Shown: positions 27,913 to 43,245 of the stretch, piece after piece
How positions within the stretch are numbered: position 1 is the first letter of the stretch
Layout: every line of letters begins with the position of its first letter
From: Lama glama
Lineage: Eukaryota
Direction of reading: 5' to 3'
NCBI GenBank assembly: GCA_028534125.1
Contig: CM052816.1
Span: 85,624,001 to 85,688,000, forward strand
Length of the DNA: 64,000 nt
The notes under the pieces: generated by a model
The model's input: only the letters and a program-made list of their open reading frames with translations
Told to the model about the DNA's origin: nothing
Databases searched by the model: none
Position numbers and translations under genes: made by a program

Positions 27913-29289
27913 GTTTAAAGAATTTTTAAGAAAGTAGTGAACTTTTTAAAAAGCAATTTTCAGAAAATCAGTTAAAGAGAACAATGTCATTGTGCAGGTG
28001 ATAAAAGAAAAAAATGTAACTACAGTTCAACTAGAACCTGAACACTAAAAACAAACAAAAATATAGTTTTCTAAATGGGACAGTTTTTATCAAACTGCCA
28101 ACTGAAATCAGAGATAAATTCATACGCTTACATAGTAATTGCTTATTGAAATTGAGAGAAGACTCCACATATAATTGCAAATTAAATTTTCCAAACCCTT
28201 TTTAATTTCAAAAAATGCTGAAAAGCTGCTTCTCAAAAATGCCATATAGTTTATGTTGAGTAAATTCAAAGGCATGAATTTATGTATGGAGCTTATATTC
28301 AGTATGAATGGTGTTTATGTCTATTACACAGGTTTATAAAAATCATGGGAATTTAACTTTCAATGAGTAAAAATTCAACTTTGTTTCAGTCATATATTAT
28401 TATTTTTTATGGCATTTGATTTTATCTTCTTCGTACCTAATAGTTGTCAACCAAGTTACACTGGAATCAAATAATATATATGCGTATATTTATATATGCT
28501 CTAAAGACGAAATCTGAAGCTTGGGTAGATTTCAATGTTTTGGACCAGTGTTCTCATGAAATAACACAGATTATATAATAATTTAAATAGAAAAAAACAG
28601 TATTCAATGAAGCTATAGCTATGTTATGAGACTAAAGCCAATGTTAAAGAAAATAAATGTTTGGTTGACTTATGCTCAGTAAAGACAATATGAACATGCT
28701 ACCGGAAAGTAAACTCATAGCTTAAAGATATTGTCCCCCAAAGTCATAACTCTAGTAAAGAAAACGAGAAGTTGACTGGAGGTCTTTCAGATTCCCGAAC
28801 TTAATCTTCAACCACAGAGCTTAGAACAGGTCTAGAAGCACATGATGTCACAGCACTTCTAGCTGGCTGTGCCTGATAAGGTTAGCTTGTACCATTTTCC
28901 AAGACTTTCTTAGTTGATTTCACTTTACAATTAAATTGAACAATAAGTTGCAAAATCAACTTCACTTTTTTTTGTCTATGTAACTGAGAAAAGCATTGCA
29001 ACTACACATTTAGATTTTAAGTTGGCATAAGTAGGAATAACGTTCATAAGATATCAACCTTGCAAATGTCTGATATGAACACACCATAACCTTATCTGCA
29101 AAAAAATTTCTTTAGTATGGCATGTTTAATAAACTTGCAGGCTTCCTTTGTCCTATTCTAGGGTGACAGCTTGGCTAAAAGAGCTGGTAGTTTTGGAGTG
29201 CTATATGCTTATGACTCTCAAACCCGAATTTTCTTCACCATATTGCCATTACACGTATTCAACTGTGTACTTGATATTTCTCCTATCTT

Positions 29290-29840
29290 CACTCACAGTT
29301 TCAACAAAATATTTATTAAGTCTCTATGAATTATTATGTAGCTTGAAAAGTTGGGATACATCACTAAATAAATTCTTAAATTTTTATGAAACACGTAATC
29401 AAATAGTGCGAGATATTTGGTGGTGAGATATGCAATGGAAATAAATTAAAACAGAGTAATAGATGAGGAGTGATCTTTCTGTAATGATGGACCAGGAAGC
29501 CCTCATCAGTAAGAACACAGTTAGCAAATACATGAAAGAAGTGAGGGAATCAGTCATGTAACTATCTAGAGAAGACCATTCTAAACAGAAAGACTAGAAT
29601 ATGCAAAAGCCCACAGGTAACATATGTGATTACAGCTGATGCATACTGACCAACAGGGAGAGAGACAGCAAATGGAACAAAGATTAGCATAGTGCAGATC
29701 ATGTAGTGGCAGATACATTATTACTAGAAACTTTAATTTTACTATGAGTGAGATGGTAAGTCATAGAGTTTTGAGCAAAAGAGCAACATAGTCTGAATGC
29801 CATTTTAAAAGGATGGTTCAAGCTACTGTGTGGAGAATAA
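29290..29840 (-). mobile_element. L2 fragment
   Basis: TCAACAAAATATTTATTAAG...GAAAGAAGTGAGGGAATCAGTCATG...GAGTTTTGAGCAAAAGAG. Confidence 0.7.
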
Positions 29841-32800
29841 AGTCTGATTTTTCTTTCCCTGTATTTGCTCTTCCAATATCCTCCTTTCTTTGTAAAAAGG
29901 AAATAATTTTTCTAGTTGCTCAGTCAATAATACTCACAAAAAATTGTTAAATGGAAAGATGTACACAAATAACTGAGTAAGACTAATATTATTGCAGAGA
30001 AACAAAAAATGCATCAAGTGGAGAAAGTATTGATATCTGCCACACTAGATCAAAGAACCAGAACTTTTGAATGAGAGCCACTTCTTGAGATGCATATTCT
30101 GAACACATTGACAAAGTGATAAAATATAGATCATGAAATTAAGTACATCCATATTTGAATTCTACATATGTATGCATAAAGTATATATGTATGTGTTATG
30201 TAGTATGTATATACTATCTTTGTGTGATATATGTTCATCAATTCCAAGGTTGTGCATTAATTTATTGATGGGAATAGTCAGATGTTTAAAACAATCTAAG
30301 ATTCTTAAAAAAAAAAACTAGTATATATGAATTAGGTCTGTGAATACCATTCAATCACTCTACTCATAGGTAAGTGCTATGACTATATTTGTTTATCAAT
30401 CAAGTTTACTGGAGAGATGCCCACAATATTCATGGCAGTCACTTGTGTAAAATAAAATGAGATTAGAGAAAAGGGCTAAAAGCAACCATTCACATTAAAT
30501 TCACTATAGTTTTCCATTTACTTATTTAGGGAAAGAGAAGACAATTAAAAAAAAGAAATATCAATGATATTAATGATTCCAAAATGAAAGACATTAATTC
30601 AAATTTACCTCTTTGTTACTATCACCAAACACAATGAGACATATTCAGAGCATTTGATTTCACCAACATCTTACATCTTGTTGGGCAATACAATGTCATC
30701 TTTCTATTAATGTAAATATCTAATTTTGTAGGGAAAAATAATTATTTAAAAGTTGTACTTTTCCTTGAGATAGTCTAGAAATTGGATGAATAGAAATTAT
30801 TTTTTTCTTTTCACTGATTATGTCAGCTAGAGACTTATTATGTTAATTAGTCATATATATTAGGGTACTCTGAACAGCTATAACAAATAAACCAAGAATT
30901 ATTATCACTAAACACAATAAATATTTGTTTCTCCCCTAGCAAATCTGGGCTGGTAAGTCCGTGGGAGCTGTATCCTCTGCTGGTTTCTCAACCAGCTTTT
31001 ATATATCACTGCCAGGGTCATTCGGGTCTCAGTTTTCCTAGTCCCCAGACCTACAACAGGTGTGATTCCCCACACATTCCACTGGTGTGAATTTATTCAT
31101 ATGACAATGTGTCACTTTAGCTGTGAAATACTTTCTATTAAAGTGAAGCAGAATGTATTCTGATAGACAGATAGCATTTTTCGCCACATTGAAAAACTAC
31201 AGTGAGGAAATTTAATTTCATTCAGTCTGTTTATGCCTACATAGTAAATACTTTTTACGGAGACAATTGTAGATAGGATTTTCAAGCATCCCTTAATCAT
31301 CCCAGTAAATGCATTTAAATTTTATTATAAGTCAATTAAACATTTTAGTTTTCAATAGAAATAACACAGTTTCAGAGTTATATCTGCTATTTTAATTTAC
31401 TTGAAGGTCAATCTAAGATCTCCACTAATTTAAATGTCTCTTGATCAGAATAACTTTTAATTTGGAAGACAATTTTAATACGCAACAAATCAATGTCATT
31501 TTGTCATTATTGTGTTTCATCATTTAACTTCAACTAGAGTTAAAGCTCTCTAACTTTTATGTTACTGGTACAAAGTCAACTCAAAGATCATTATTAACAA
31601 TTAATAATAAAGATATATTTCAAAAAAAAGGGAAGTTAAAACTTTGTGTATTTCAAGCATATCTCAAGTTAGTATAACTTTAAGGAAAACTTTTATAATC
31701 ACTATATTTTATTACAAGCTTAACACAATTTAAAGAGTTATTTGTTCAAGGATATTTCATGTTGGTACTTGCCTTGTATTCTTTTATTTTAAGGAACTGA
31801 TAAAACAATACAGAGAGCTACAAAACTGTAATTGGTTTTTACAAATCCTAGCCTGAAAGACACACATTGTGTGGCATCTTTCACAGATACTCTCCTCATC
31901 TGTTTATCATTCCTTTGATTTTCTTCCAACTCATAAGAAGTACACTTGCACATTTGTATTCTGTTCATATCTAAATTCCAGTAAAGGTCAGCTTTCCCAT
32001 AAAAAAGGAGTATAAATAGTGCATAAAATGATGAACCAAGCTAGCACATCAAGAAAATAAAAGCATAAAAGTAAAGGTCATTTTCACAATTTTTATCTTG
32101 AAGCACTCTTAAAAATATATAGTGTGAAAATTTGTCAAAGTTTTCAAAAGAGAGTTTGGATGTTGAGGTTCCTTTTTTTCTTTTTTCTATGATCTTTTTA
32201 GAAATTAAAAAGAAGTTATACATTCTTAAGGCCATTATCTTTATGTTGGTTTGGTTATTGGGGTCATCACCCCTGATATTTAAACAATTATCAGGGTAAG
32301 ATTTGTTTAGGTTGAAAATAATATTCTTTCCTAGGAAGCTGCATTTAGATTTGGTAACACTAACAACAGACAAAGCATATCTGCATTTCCAAGATGAATG
32401 CAGAGAAAATATTCATTACTTATTTAAATAACTATTTAAATAAAACATTCTCACGCATTTTAATATTTTGACTTTCATTCAGTGAGTTTATCAGGAAAAC
32501 CAAGACTTATATTAGGAAGATAGTGCACTTATTAAATTAACTATGTATTCAACTTATTTATCTATCTGGAGTAAAGATTTTTGAATCTGGTCCAATTTGG
32601 CTTGATAACTGTACTGAGTGTGAGATTAAACTTTTGAAAGCCTTTAGAAAAGCTACATATGTGAGCTTTTGAGTCTATAAAATATGGAAGCAATACGAGC
32701 TAGTTTTAGTTTTACTATATTTAGGACAAGGGCAAGACTTTTGAGAAAGTCTGTGGAATCAAGACAAGTAACTTTCTTAGCAAAACACAGACAAAAAGAT

Positions 32801-33176
32801 GATGAAGCATGAGCTCTCTAGCTCATCAAAAGTAGACCACCACCGTGAAACAATATTTAGCCTTCTCCTCCTTAATCTTTTCAGCCTCTGATATTTTTCC
32901 TACCCTAATAATCTCTACATCTTATTGCAATTACTTATTCTTATGTGTGTGTACGCAATGCAATTGTTAACTCCTCTGAGTAGAGGCCACATCTCACCCG
33001 TCGTTTTACAATTTAATCATACATAATACCATATACTCAAAGAGTGTTTTAGTTAACTGAATTAATAAATATCTTTTAAATAAGTGTAATTAATAAGGAA
33101 CTACTCAGTATCAGACCATAAAGAATAAATATAGGAAATAAATGCTTGGTTCCAAATCTCAAAAATTGTAAGTCTA

Positions 33177-33656
33177 CAGGTATTCCTAATTTTATTGCAT
33201 TTTGCTTTATTGCATTTTGCAGATACTGTGTTTTTTATAAATTGAAGGTTTGTAGCAACCCTGTGTCAAGCACAATAAATGGTGCCACTTTTCCAACAGC
33301 ATTTGCTCATGTTGTGTCTCGGTGTCACATTTTGGTAATTCTCATAATATTTCAAACTTTTCCATTATTGTATTTGTTATGGTGATCTGTGATCAGTCAT
33401 CTTTGATGTTACTACTGCAAAAAGAGTATGGCCCAGAGATACAGATGACGGCTAGCATTTTTTAGCAATAAAGTGTTTTCTAATTAAGGTATATAGATAA
33501 ATTTTTAGACATGATGCTACTGCCTACTTATACAGTATAAAGATAACTTTTATATGCGCTGGGAAACCAAAAATTTCTTGTGACTCACTTTATTGAGATA
33601 TTTTCTTTATTGTGGTGTTCTACAACCAAACCCACAATACCTCCGAAGTATGGCTT
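33177..33656 (+). mobile_element. Tigger1-derived non-autonomous DNA transposon
   Basis: TA|CAGGTATTCCT...TTGAAGGTTTGTAGCAACCCTGTGTCAAGC...GGGAAACCAAAAATTT...ACCTCCGAAGTATGGC. Confidence 0.88.
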
Positions 33657-34139
33657 TAATAGGGAAATGGGTATTTTTAATTTGTTTTATACACATAAAA
33701 AATGACAGTGAAAAAGTTGGTAAAAGAAGCTGTGATACATCCCATTTTATTCTACATTAATGGAGGTATAGGATTTTAATAGGTAAAAGGTTTGGAAAGA
33801 TAATAATAAGTGGAGAGGGAAGAACACAGCAGGGGCTGATTTTTCTGGATATTTCTGTATTGAGTTAATAAGTAACTTAATACACTACTCTAATGCTGAG
33901 TAAATGTCTGTCATTACAGTGGTATATTTACTTGCAGAAATATAATGGTTATTAATAATACCTTGTTCAAATAGAGTTAATAGAATTAATCTATCATTTC
34001 ATTCAGTACAAAATTACAGTTATTGATCATGTCACTTTAACACTGAACAAAAAAAGTCAAAACTTAAAAAAAATTAGTGATATATGACAATTCTAACTAC
34101 ACTGGAAGTGGATGGGGTCTATATTTTCTCCATACAATA

Positions 34140-34740
34140 TTTTAGAGAATATTAAATAACAAACATGAGGGATGCTTAACACATTTCAAATTGAGAAGAA
34201 TTAAATAAGTAGCTATCACTATAACCATAAGGATGGTAAAAATAATTTTACCTAATATTTTTTTACCTAATAGTTTTATAAAATGAATTTAAACCTAGTA
34301 AGTTTTGACAAGGATATGAACTAACTACAACTTGCATACACTGCTCCTGGAAATATAAGTTGATATAATCACTTTGATAACTTTTTGGCATTTAATTAGT
34401 TGAACGTATCATCCAGTAATTTTGCTCCTACTTATAGACCTAATTGTAGTGAATATGAATACATACCTTCACCAAAATGCATGTATTAGAATACTTAGAG
34501 AGGCAATATATGTAATAGACACAATTTGGAAAGAATCCAAAAGTTCATCAACAGTGAGATATTTTGCTATATTCACAAAATGAAATACTATATGTTAATG
34601 AGTGAGTGATTTACAATTACATGTGAAAGTAAAGACTCTTACACAAAGTCACACATATACAGTTATATTGACATAAAGCCACAAAATAAACAAAATGCAT
34701 CTAAGCTGTTAGAAGTCATGATGGAGGTCCAGGAATAGTA
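34140..34740 (+). mobile_element. L1ME-type 3' fragment
   Basis: Degenerate CATACACTGCTCCTGGAAATATAAGTTG...TATTCACAAAATGAAATACTAT. Confidence 0.65.
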
Positions 34741-34764
34741 ACTATTAACAATGTCAGCATTCTT

Positions 34765-37160
34765 TCTTTTTTTTTGACTTTATATTTTTAGATAAGTTTT
34801 ACAATACTGTTGCAATAGTACAATACTATTGAGAGGAAGGAAAAGAGATTTCCCATATACTCCCTGTCTTTGCACACACGTATAGTCTCCCCATTATCAA
34901 CATCACTCACCGGAATGGTTGATTTTTTAACCAAGGACAAACCTACATTGATACATCATAATTTAGCTTAGGCTCATTCTGACTGTTGTATATTATAAGG
35001 GTATCAACAAATATACAATGACATATACCCATCATTATAGTATCAGTGAAAATGTAAAATTTTCATTGCCCTAAAAGTCTTCTGTGCTCAGCCTACCCAT
35101 CTTCATCTCCTACAGGAAAATCACTGGTCTTTTTTATTATATCAATAGTTTTGACTTTTCCAGAATGTCATACAGTTGAAATCATATAGTATGTAACCAT
35201 TCAGTTTGGCTTCTTTCACTCAGTAATATGCTTTTAAGATTCTTCCATTTCTTTTCATGGCTTGATAGCTCATTTCTTTTTTGCACTGTACAACACTCAA
35301 TCGTATGGATGTTATTTACTCCTTCACCTACTGATGGACAACGTGAGTGCTTCCAAGTTTTGGCAATTCTGAATGAAGCTGCTACCAATACCTGTGTTCA
35401 GGTTTTTGAGTGGACATCAGTTTTCAACTCTTTTTGCATAAAACCAAAGAATGTGATTTCTGGATTGCATGGTAAGAGTATTTTAGTTTTGTAAGCAATT
35501 GCCAAAGTGTCTTCCAAAATACCTGTACCACTTTGTTTACTTTCTTATTGCTGAGTTTTAAATTTCTTTGTGTATTATGGATAACAGTCCTTCAACAGAT
35601 GTGTCTTTTGAAAATATTTTCTTCCAGTCTATGACTTATCGTCTCATTTTCTTTATACTGTCTTTTACAGAAAATAAATTTTTAATTTCATTGAAGTCCA
35701 TCTTATTAATTCATTCCTTCATGTATTATGCCTGGGTATTGTATCAAAAAAGGCACCACCGTACCCAAGGTTATCTCCTAAGCATGGCTTCTGACGAGAA
35801 GTCAGATATAATTTTATCTTTGCTTCTATGTAATTAGGGTATATTTTCCGTCTGGTTTCTTCAAGAGTTTTTTCTTTATCTTTATTTTCCATAATTTGAA
35901 AATGCTATACTGAAGTTCATGGGGTTTTTTGGTCAATTATTCTGCTTAGTGTTGTCTCATCTTCTTGAATCTGTAGTTTGGAGTCTCTCATTAATTTGGA
36001 GAAATTCTCAGTAATTATTTTTTCAAAATACCCATTCTGTTCCCTCTTTCTTCTCCTTCTGACATTTCTACTGTGTGTATGCTGTATGCTACACCTTTTG
36101 TAATTGTCCCACAGTCCTTGGATATTCTGTTCTGGTTTTTTTTTTTTTTCAGTCTTCATTTACTTTGATTTTTGATTTTCAAAAATCATACTCATATAGA
36201 GTTAGCCCTCTGTATCTACAGTTTGCACATCTTTGGATTCAATTACTGCAGATCAAAAATATTTTTAAAGATATTCCAAAAAGTTCCAAAGAAGCAAAAC
36301 TTGAATTTGTGGTATGCCAGAAACTACCTATACAGCTGTGTGCCAGAAACTACTTACATAACAATTTACATAGCATTTATGTTGTATTAGTTACTATAAG
36401 TAATCTAGAGATGATCTGAAGTATATAAGGAGTATGCATAGGTTGTATGCAAATACTACACCATTTTACATAAGGGGCTCAAGCATCTGAAGATTTTGGT
36501 ATCTGTGGGGGTTCTAGAACCAATCCCCCATGGACATCAAGGGACAACTGCATTCTTTCAATTAGAGATTCTTTCCTGACCCATGTCCAGCCTACTAATA
36601 AACCTATAAAGGCATTTCTCATTACCGTTACTGTGTTTTACATTCCTAGAATTTCTTTAGGGTTATTAGAATTTCTATTTCTCTGTCTGCATTGCTCATG
36701 TGTTCTCACATGCCATCTACTTCATCCATTAGAGCCCTTAGCATATTAATCATAGTTGTTTTGTTGTTTTAAATCCCTGCTCTGATAATTCTGACACCCT
36801 TGCCATGTATGGTCCTAATACTTGTCTTTTCAAGTTGTGCTTTTTGCCTTTTGCTATGTCTTGCATCTTTTTTTCTTGATAGCTGTACATGATGTACTAG
36901 ATAAAAGGAACTACTGTAAAACAGGCCCTTAGTAATGTGGTAGTAATGAGTTGTGAGGGAAGGGAAACATTCTGCAGTTTTATTATTAGGTCGCAGTGTT
37001 TTAGTGAGTCTGTGCTCACTATGAACATCACAATGTTTCTCAGTATTATCTCCTCCCCTTACCTGGAACAGGATGGTAAGAGAGGACTGGATTTGGAAAT
37101 TATCTTTCCTCAAGTCATTTAGGTTATGATAATATCCCAGCAGATTTTGCTTTGGTTAAC
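34765..37160 (-). mobile_element. L1MC/L1MD-type fragments (3' end ~34765-35770; ORF1 region ~35780-37160)
   Basis: Antisense ORFs MVAASFRIAKTWKHSRCPSVGE (ORF2 end) and EQNIQGLWDNYKR...FEKIITENFSKLM (ORF1). Confidence 0.82.
36197..36551. mobile_element. MER2-like Tigger element nested in L1
   Basis: GAGTTAGCCCTCTGTATC...GGTTGTATGCAAATACTACACCATTTT...GAACCAATCCCCCATGGACATCAAGGGACAACTG. Confidence 0.88.
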
Positions 37161-38210
37161 CAGTTGAAAAGACATATTTAATTTTTAAGGAAATATCCAC
37201 TAAGGAAGAAAGTAGAATCAATAGTGTTCCATATTTTAAAATCAAATAACAAATTAAAGTATGAAATACAAAAATATAATAAAATTAAACATTACTCCTT
37301 ATAATAAGATATAAGACCTAAGACTTAATGTAAGTCCTTTCCTTTTGACAGCATTACAACAAACAAAACCAATAATAAATATTTTACATGATAAAATACA
37401 AATTAGCAATATTTTAAAAATTATTTCTGATTAGAAGAAAATGCTAAAAATATTTTTACTCATACATATTCAAATAAAATAATAGTTTCCATACTTATGA
37501 AAAACAAAGACAGCCTATTTTTAAAAATAATCTTCAAATGATAGAAACATAGGAACTCTCAATTCACAGATGAATTTTAAAAAGTCTTATTTAAGAAACA
37601 AAAGTGTTATCTATTCAATGAGCTAATATATCAAAAATATCCAGTAAACACCAAAACCAGGTAAAAAGTTATTTTCAAAGTTTATAATTGGGCTGTAAAT
37701 TGTTAAAAAAAATGTTTCTGAAGGGCAGTTTGGTCATTTCTTTTCTACCTTTAGAATGATTATTTGTACCCAAATATTCCTATTATTTGTGAAAAATCAA
37801 TTTTGAAAAGATACAAATAAAGATTTGACCTTCCTAGTTGTGAATGAGAAGGAAGTTAAGTAGTATATTTTAATGATATCCTTTATAAATTATTGCATCA
37901 TTAAGTTTTTTATAGTGATAACATCATTCACTACCTTGGTGTTAAAAATACAATAAAATATAATTTAAAATACTATGTAAAGGAAGTGAATTTATAATAA
38001 ATGTTAGGTTTTACTTATGAAATGAATGGAAACAGTCTGGTTGCCAAGGATTAATTAAATCAATCTGTAGAGGGAGCTCTCAACTTACAACAATAACACC
38101 AAATTAATCAGTTATTGTACTGTCATAAAAACTTAACAAGGGAATTAAAATATGAGTAAACGCTTCCCAGTCAAACACCCCACGATAACAAAATGTCACA
38201 TTTACTTTAG

Positions 38211-38576
38211 GTGATATGTTGTTTTATGAATCCTTGATGAACAGAAACTGACAGTGGTTAATAAAACTTCAATCCCATGGACGTAGTGGAAGTTCTGGGA
38301 ATATAGTTACATTGATTTGTGGTGGAATATATCAATCTTAACTTTATTTTTACTTCTGAAAATTTTTTCCTTGAAGTTTCAGCATTTTTTCAAGCCTAAA
38401 CTTCGACAAGCTATTATATAAGTCCTATTATTTGCCGTAGACTAGAAGTGCTTTCTTTGTAATATTATACAAAATTAGAATTCTTAGCTCAGTGTAGTAA
38501 ATCCTCTCCAAATAATATGCCTAGTTTAAATATCTTTTGAAGTAACAGCAAAAAAGCAGACAAAACTGCCTTAAAG
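38211..38576 (+). pseudogene. Candidate exon E5 (phase 0-0; alternative in-phase donor after 38582)
   Basis: Acceptor CATTTACTTTAG|G. Frame includes NFNPMDVVEVLGI*LH*FVVEYINLNFIFTSENFFLEVSAFFQA*TSTSYYISPIICRRLEVLSL*YYTKLEFLAQCSK. 9 stops in 122 codons and weak donors. Confidence 0.3.
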
Positions 38577-39189
38577 GTTTAGGTAGACCAATTCATGATA
38601 CAGTCAGCATGTCCTTATGAAAATGCTTTATAATGTGATACAGCTGGATAGAAGTTGTACACAAAAGGAAGTTGATTACTTATATCATTTTGATTTTCTT
38701 AACAGATGTTTCATTTGTGGTAAATTGCATTTTAATATAACAGAGAGAAATGAAAAGTGTAATATTTCAATCTAAGTCTCAATTATTTACCAGAATATTC
38801 TACCAAAATCATCATCATCATTTCAAGTTTTACCTTGATATTCACTCATGTATAAATATCTACATACTTACTAAACATTGTTATTGACTTACAGAACTGT
38901 CTATATTATACATTTACATCAGTCATTATTTCAACAGCTAATCACGACTAACATCAGGTAATTTATGGATAGAATCAGAAGTCATAAGATATATTAAGGT
39001 AATCTATAGAAATGAACTTAACAGGATTAAGAAGTATCCTAATAAACAGTAAAATGTGATTATTTAAAATATCCCCTACATCTTTGTATTTGTATTGCCC
39101 TAAAATAAAGATACCTGGAATAAGTTACTATATTAATTTTCTTTATTCTAAAACTTTTTTAAAGTCACAAATAAAACAACTAATCTTTT

Positions 39190-39690
39190 TCATATCAAAT
39201 GTAAATTAGTTATCACAGCCATTTTGGTTTACTGCCCATAAGTCTATGGGTTAGTTGGGTTCTTCTTTTGATCCGAGCTGGGCTAAGTTAAATTTGACCT
39301 TATGTGCCTTTGCTTACTGGTAGGTCAAATATGCGACTTTTCTGATGTGATATGAACCTTCTCACATGTGTAGAGTTTTTCTTGGACAATCAGGTTGGTT
39401 TAGCTGTATTTTATGTTATCTTGTACCCTCTAGCAAGCTAATCTGCCTTTACTCAGGGTGGAGACGGGATTCCACAGGGAGACTGGAAGTATGCTGGGCT
39501 GTAGAGGCCTCGCTTTGGAACTCTCTCATTATTTCCACCATGTTCTATTAGTCAAAGGAAGTCACAATAATAGGCTAGATTCACGAGATAAAAGAATGGA
39601 CTCCACACTTTGAAGATAGGGGCTTGAAAATCACATTTCAAAGAGAGTGACTAGAAGGAGTGGTATAGAATTGCTACAATCTACCAAAAT
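39190..39690 (-). mobile_element. MaLR LTR (older MLT1)
   Basis: TTCTATTAGTCAAAGGAAGTCAC...AGATTCACGAG...GACTCCACACTTTGAAG...AATCTACCA. Confidence 0.65.
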
Positions 39691-40549
39691 GATAAATCAT
39701 ATTCCAGTGTTTTGCTAACATATGACTTAGAATTTTAAGAATCATTTTAATAAATAATATTTTTTACTATTTTTTTTACTAGGCTTTTCCAGTTTTACTA
39801 GCAGGATTTTAATAGTGTTATGTCAGGCAGTTCAATGATCCTTTTATTTTTATATTCTTTGGTATTTGTTTGTTTAGGATTGGCAGCACTGAACCAGAAA
39901 GTATCTATATTATTTTAAAGATTACATTTTTAATTTATTTTGTTTCTTTTTAAATTTTCCTTAACTTTATTTTATGGGGTAATTTCCAAAATTTATGTCT
40001 TCTTAGGGATATTTTATGTCATATAGTTATTGTTTCAAGCATTCTAAAGAAATTATGTATCTGTTTGCTGCATCATTTTACTTCAAAAGAGAGAAAATTA
40101 TATATCACAATTTTCACATTTATTGTAATTTTTGAATGACTCTTCTACACGTAGGCACTTATATTTTATTTACATTTTATAGATTAGTATATTCAAGCTA
40201 AACATGTTAGAGACAAATATATTAGAAATATGTTTATTATAGAATATACAATTAATACAATACATATAATACATATTCTATGTGAAGGATATCATTTTCA
40301 CATTACCCTCATGTTCATTTAAGTAATGTGAGTACTCTATAATTAACACTCAAAATTCTAATATCATGTCTATTTTTAATTCATTCTCTTTTTCAGTTAA
40401 TTTCATTGGCTAACTTTGTGCAGTCTATTATGGTAAAGAATAAAATGTTCAGAGAAAATGAATATATTATTTTGCCCATTTTCATGAAGCTTTTCACCCC
40501 AATAATTGAAAATATAATAATGTAATTTTTTGTGTTTTGTCACACGAAA

Positions 40550-41000
40550 TACACTGTCCATCTTAGGATCTTTACACTGGCTGCTCTCTTTGTGGGCAAA
40601 AATATTTTCAGAGATATGATGCTAGTAACTTCTTTATTTCTTCAAGCCTTTGCTAAAGAATTGCATTACCATGAAACCTAATTATACCATTTTATTTATA
40701 ACTGCAAGTACCAATTGCTCCACCCATCCAAAATTTTTGCTCTCCCAATGCCATTCAATGCTTTGTCTCTCTCTTCTTTTTTTGCTCTTAAAATATACTG
40801 TCTTTTAAAATGCTACATAATTCACTTATTTTCTATATCTATGATGCATTGTCAGTCCTCTCTTTCTAAAATGTGAATATGATCAAGATGTTAATTTTGG
40901 TGTTCTTTTGTTTGTTTATTTGTTTTACTAATATATCTATACCAGGAACTTAGAACAATGCCTATTATAAAGTCGTAGCTCAATATTTGTGAAATTGGAA
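40550..41000 (+). mobile_element. L2 3' fragment
   Basis: CTTAGGATCTTTACACTGGCTGCTCTCT...ACTTAGAACAATGCCT...GCTCAATATTTGTGAA. Confidence 0.65.
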
Positions 41001-41157
41001 CTAAGATCTCTGAGGAAGGAGCATAGCCTTGTTGAAATTGGTAGGTATATCAAGACATAGAAGTTGGGGCCCCAGGGAGATTAGATTCCATTGGCAGACA
41101 GGCAAAGGGATGTGTAATGAGGCTGTATTATGAAAGTTCTAAGAGGAAAAAACTTGG

Positions 41158-43245
41158 CTTTTTTATTTTTTTACTGAAATATAGTCAGTTAACAATGTTG
41201 TATCCATTTCTGGTTGTCAGCATAATATTTCAGTCATACATATATATATACATATATTCCTTTTCATATTCTTTTTCATTATAGGATACTACAAGATATT
41301 GACTATAGTTCCCTGTGCTATACAGTATAAAACAGTAATTTATCTATTTTATTTATAGTAGTTAGTATCTGTAAATCTTAAACTCCCAATTTATCCCTTC
41401 CTATCCCCTTCCCCTCTGAAAACTGTAAGTTTGTTTACTATGCCTGTGAGGCTATTTCTGTTTCATAGACAAATTTATTTGTGTCTTCTTTTTTTGTGGC
41501 TTACTTCAGTTAGAATGACAATCTCCAGTTCCTTCCATGTTGCTGCAAATGGCATTATTTTATTCCTCTTTATGGCTGACTAGCATTCCATTTTATAAAT
41601 ATACCACAGCTTCTTTATCCAGTCATCTATTGATGGCCATTTAGGTTGTTCTATGTCTTGGCTATTGTAAATATTACTGCTACAAACATTGCAGTGAATG
41701 TATATTTCAAACTAGAGTTCCCTCCAGATATATGCCCAGGAATAGGGTTGCTGGATCATATGGTAAGTCTACTTTTAGTTTTTTGAGAAATCTCATACTG
41801 TTTTCCACAATAACTGCACCAACTGCATTCTCACCAACAGTGTAGGAAAGTCCCTTTTTCTCTACACCCTCTCCAGCATTTATCCTTTGTGGACATTTTA
41901 ATGAGGGCCATTCTGACTGGTGTGAGGTGATACCTCACTGTACTTTTGATTTGCATTTCTCTGATAATTAGTGATATTGAGCATTTTTTCATGTGCCTAT
42001 TGGCCATTTGTATGTCTTCATTGGAGAACTGCTTGTTTAGGTCTTCTGCCCATTTTTAGATAGGCTTGTTTATTTTTTTTTATTATTATTATTAGATTGC
42101 ATGAGCTGTTCATATATTCTGGGAATTAAGCCCTTGTCATTCTCATCTTTTGCAAATATTTTCTCCCATTCCATAGGTTGTCTTTTCGTTTTACTTATGA
42201 TTTCCTTTGCTGTGTGAAAGCTTATAAGTTAATTGGTCCCATTTGTTTATTTTGCTTTTATTTCTATTGCCTTTTTAGATTGCTCTAGGACAACATTAGT
42301 ATGATTTATGTCAGAGAATGTTTTGCCTATATTTACTTCTAGGACATTTATTGTGTCTTGTCTTATATTTAAGTCTTTAAGCCATTTTGAGTTTATTTTT
42401 TGTGTATGATGTGAGGGAGTGTTCTAACTTCACTGATTTACATGCAGCTGTCCACTGTTTTCCAACACCATTTGCTGAAGAGACTGTTTTTATTCCATAA
42501 ATTCTTGCCTCCTATGTTGAAGATTATTTGACCTTAAGTCTGTGGGTTTATTTCTGGGCTCTCTTTTCTGTTCCATTGATCCACATGTCTGTTTTTGTAC
42601 CAATACCAGTCTGTTTTGATTACTGTAGATCTTTAGAATTGTCTGAAGTGTGGGAGGGTTATTCCTCCAGCTTTGTTGTTTTTCTTCAGTACCACTTTGG
42701 CAACTCTGGGTCTTTTGTGATTCCATATAAATTTTACAGTTATTTGTTCTAGTTCTGTGAAAAATGTTCTGGGTAATTTGATAGGAATCACATTAAATCT
42801 GTAGATTGCTTTGGCTTGTATGGCCATTTTAACAATAGTAATTGTTTCAATCCAAATGCTTGGGGTATCTTTCCATTTCTTTAAGTCATCTTTAATTTGC
42901 TTAATCAATATTTTATAGTTCTCCACGTATAAGTCTTTCATCTCCTTGGTCAGAATTATTCCTAAGTATTTTATGTTTCTGGATATGATTGTAAAAGGGA
43001 TTGTTTCTTTATTTTTTTTCCCCCTGATAGCTCACTGTTAGTGTAAAGAAATCAACTGATTTCTGTGTGTTAATCTTGTAACCTGCTACCTTGCTGAATT
43101 CTTTTAACAGCTCTAGTAGTTTTTGTGTGGACTCTCTAGGGTTTTCTACATATAGCATCATATCAGCTGCATATAGTGACAATTTTACCTCTTCTTTTCC
43201 AACTGGATCCCTTTTATTTTTTTTCTTGCCTGATTGTTATGTCTG
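41158..43245 (-). mobile_element. 5'-truncated L1 (ORF2 3' half and 3'UTR)
   Basis: Antisense [30 protein letters not shown]...[22 protein letters not shown]-tail ~41159-41172. Confidence 0.95.
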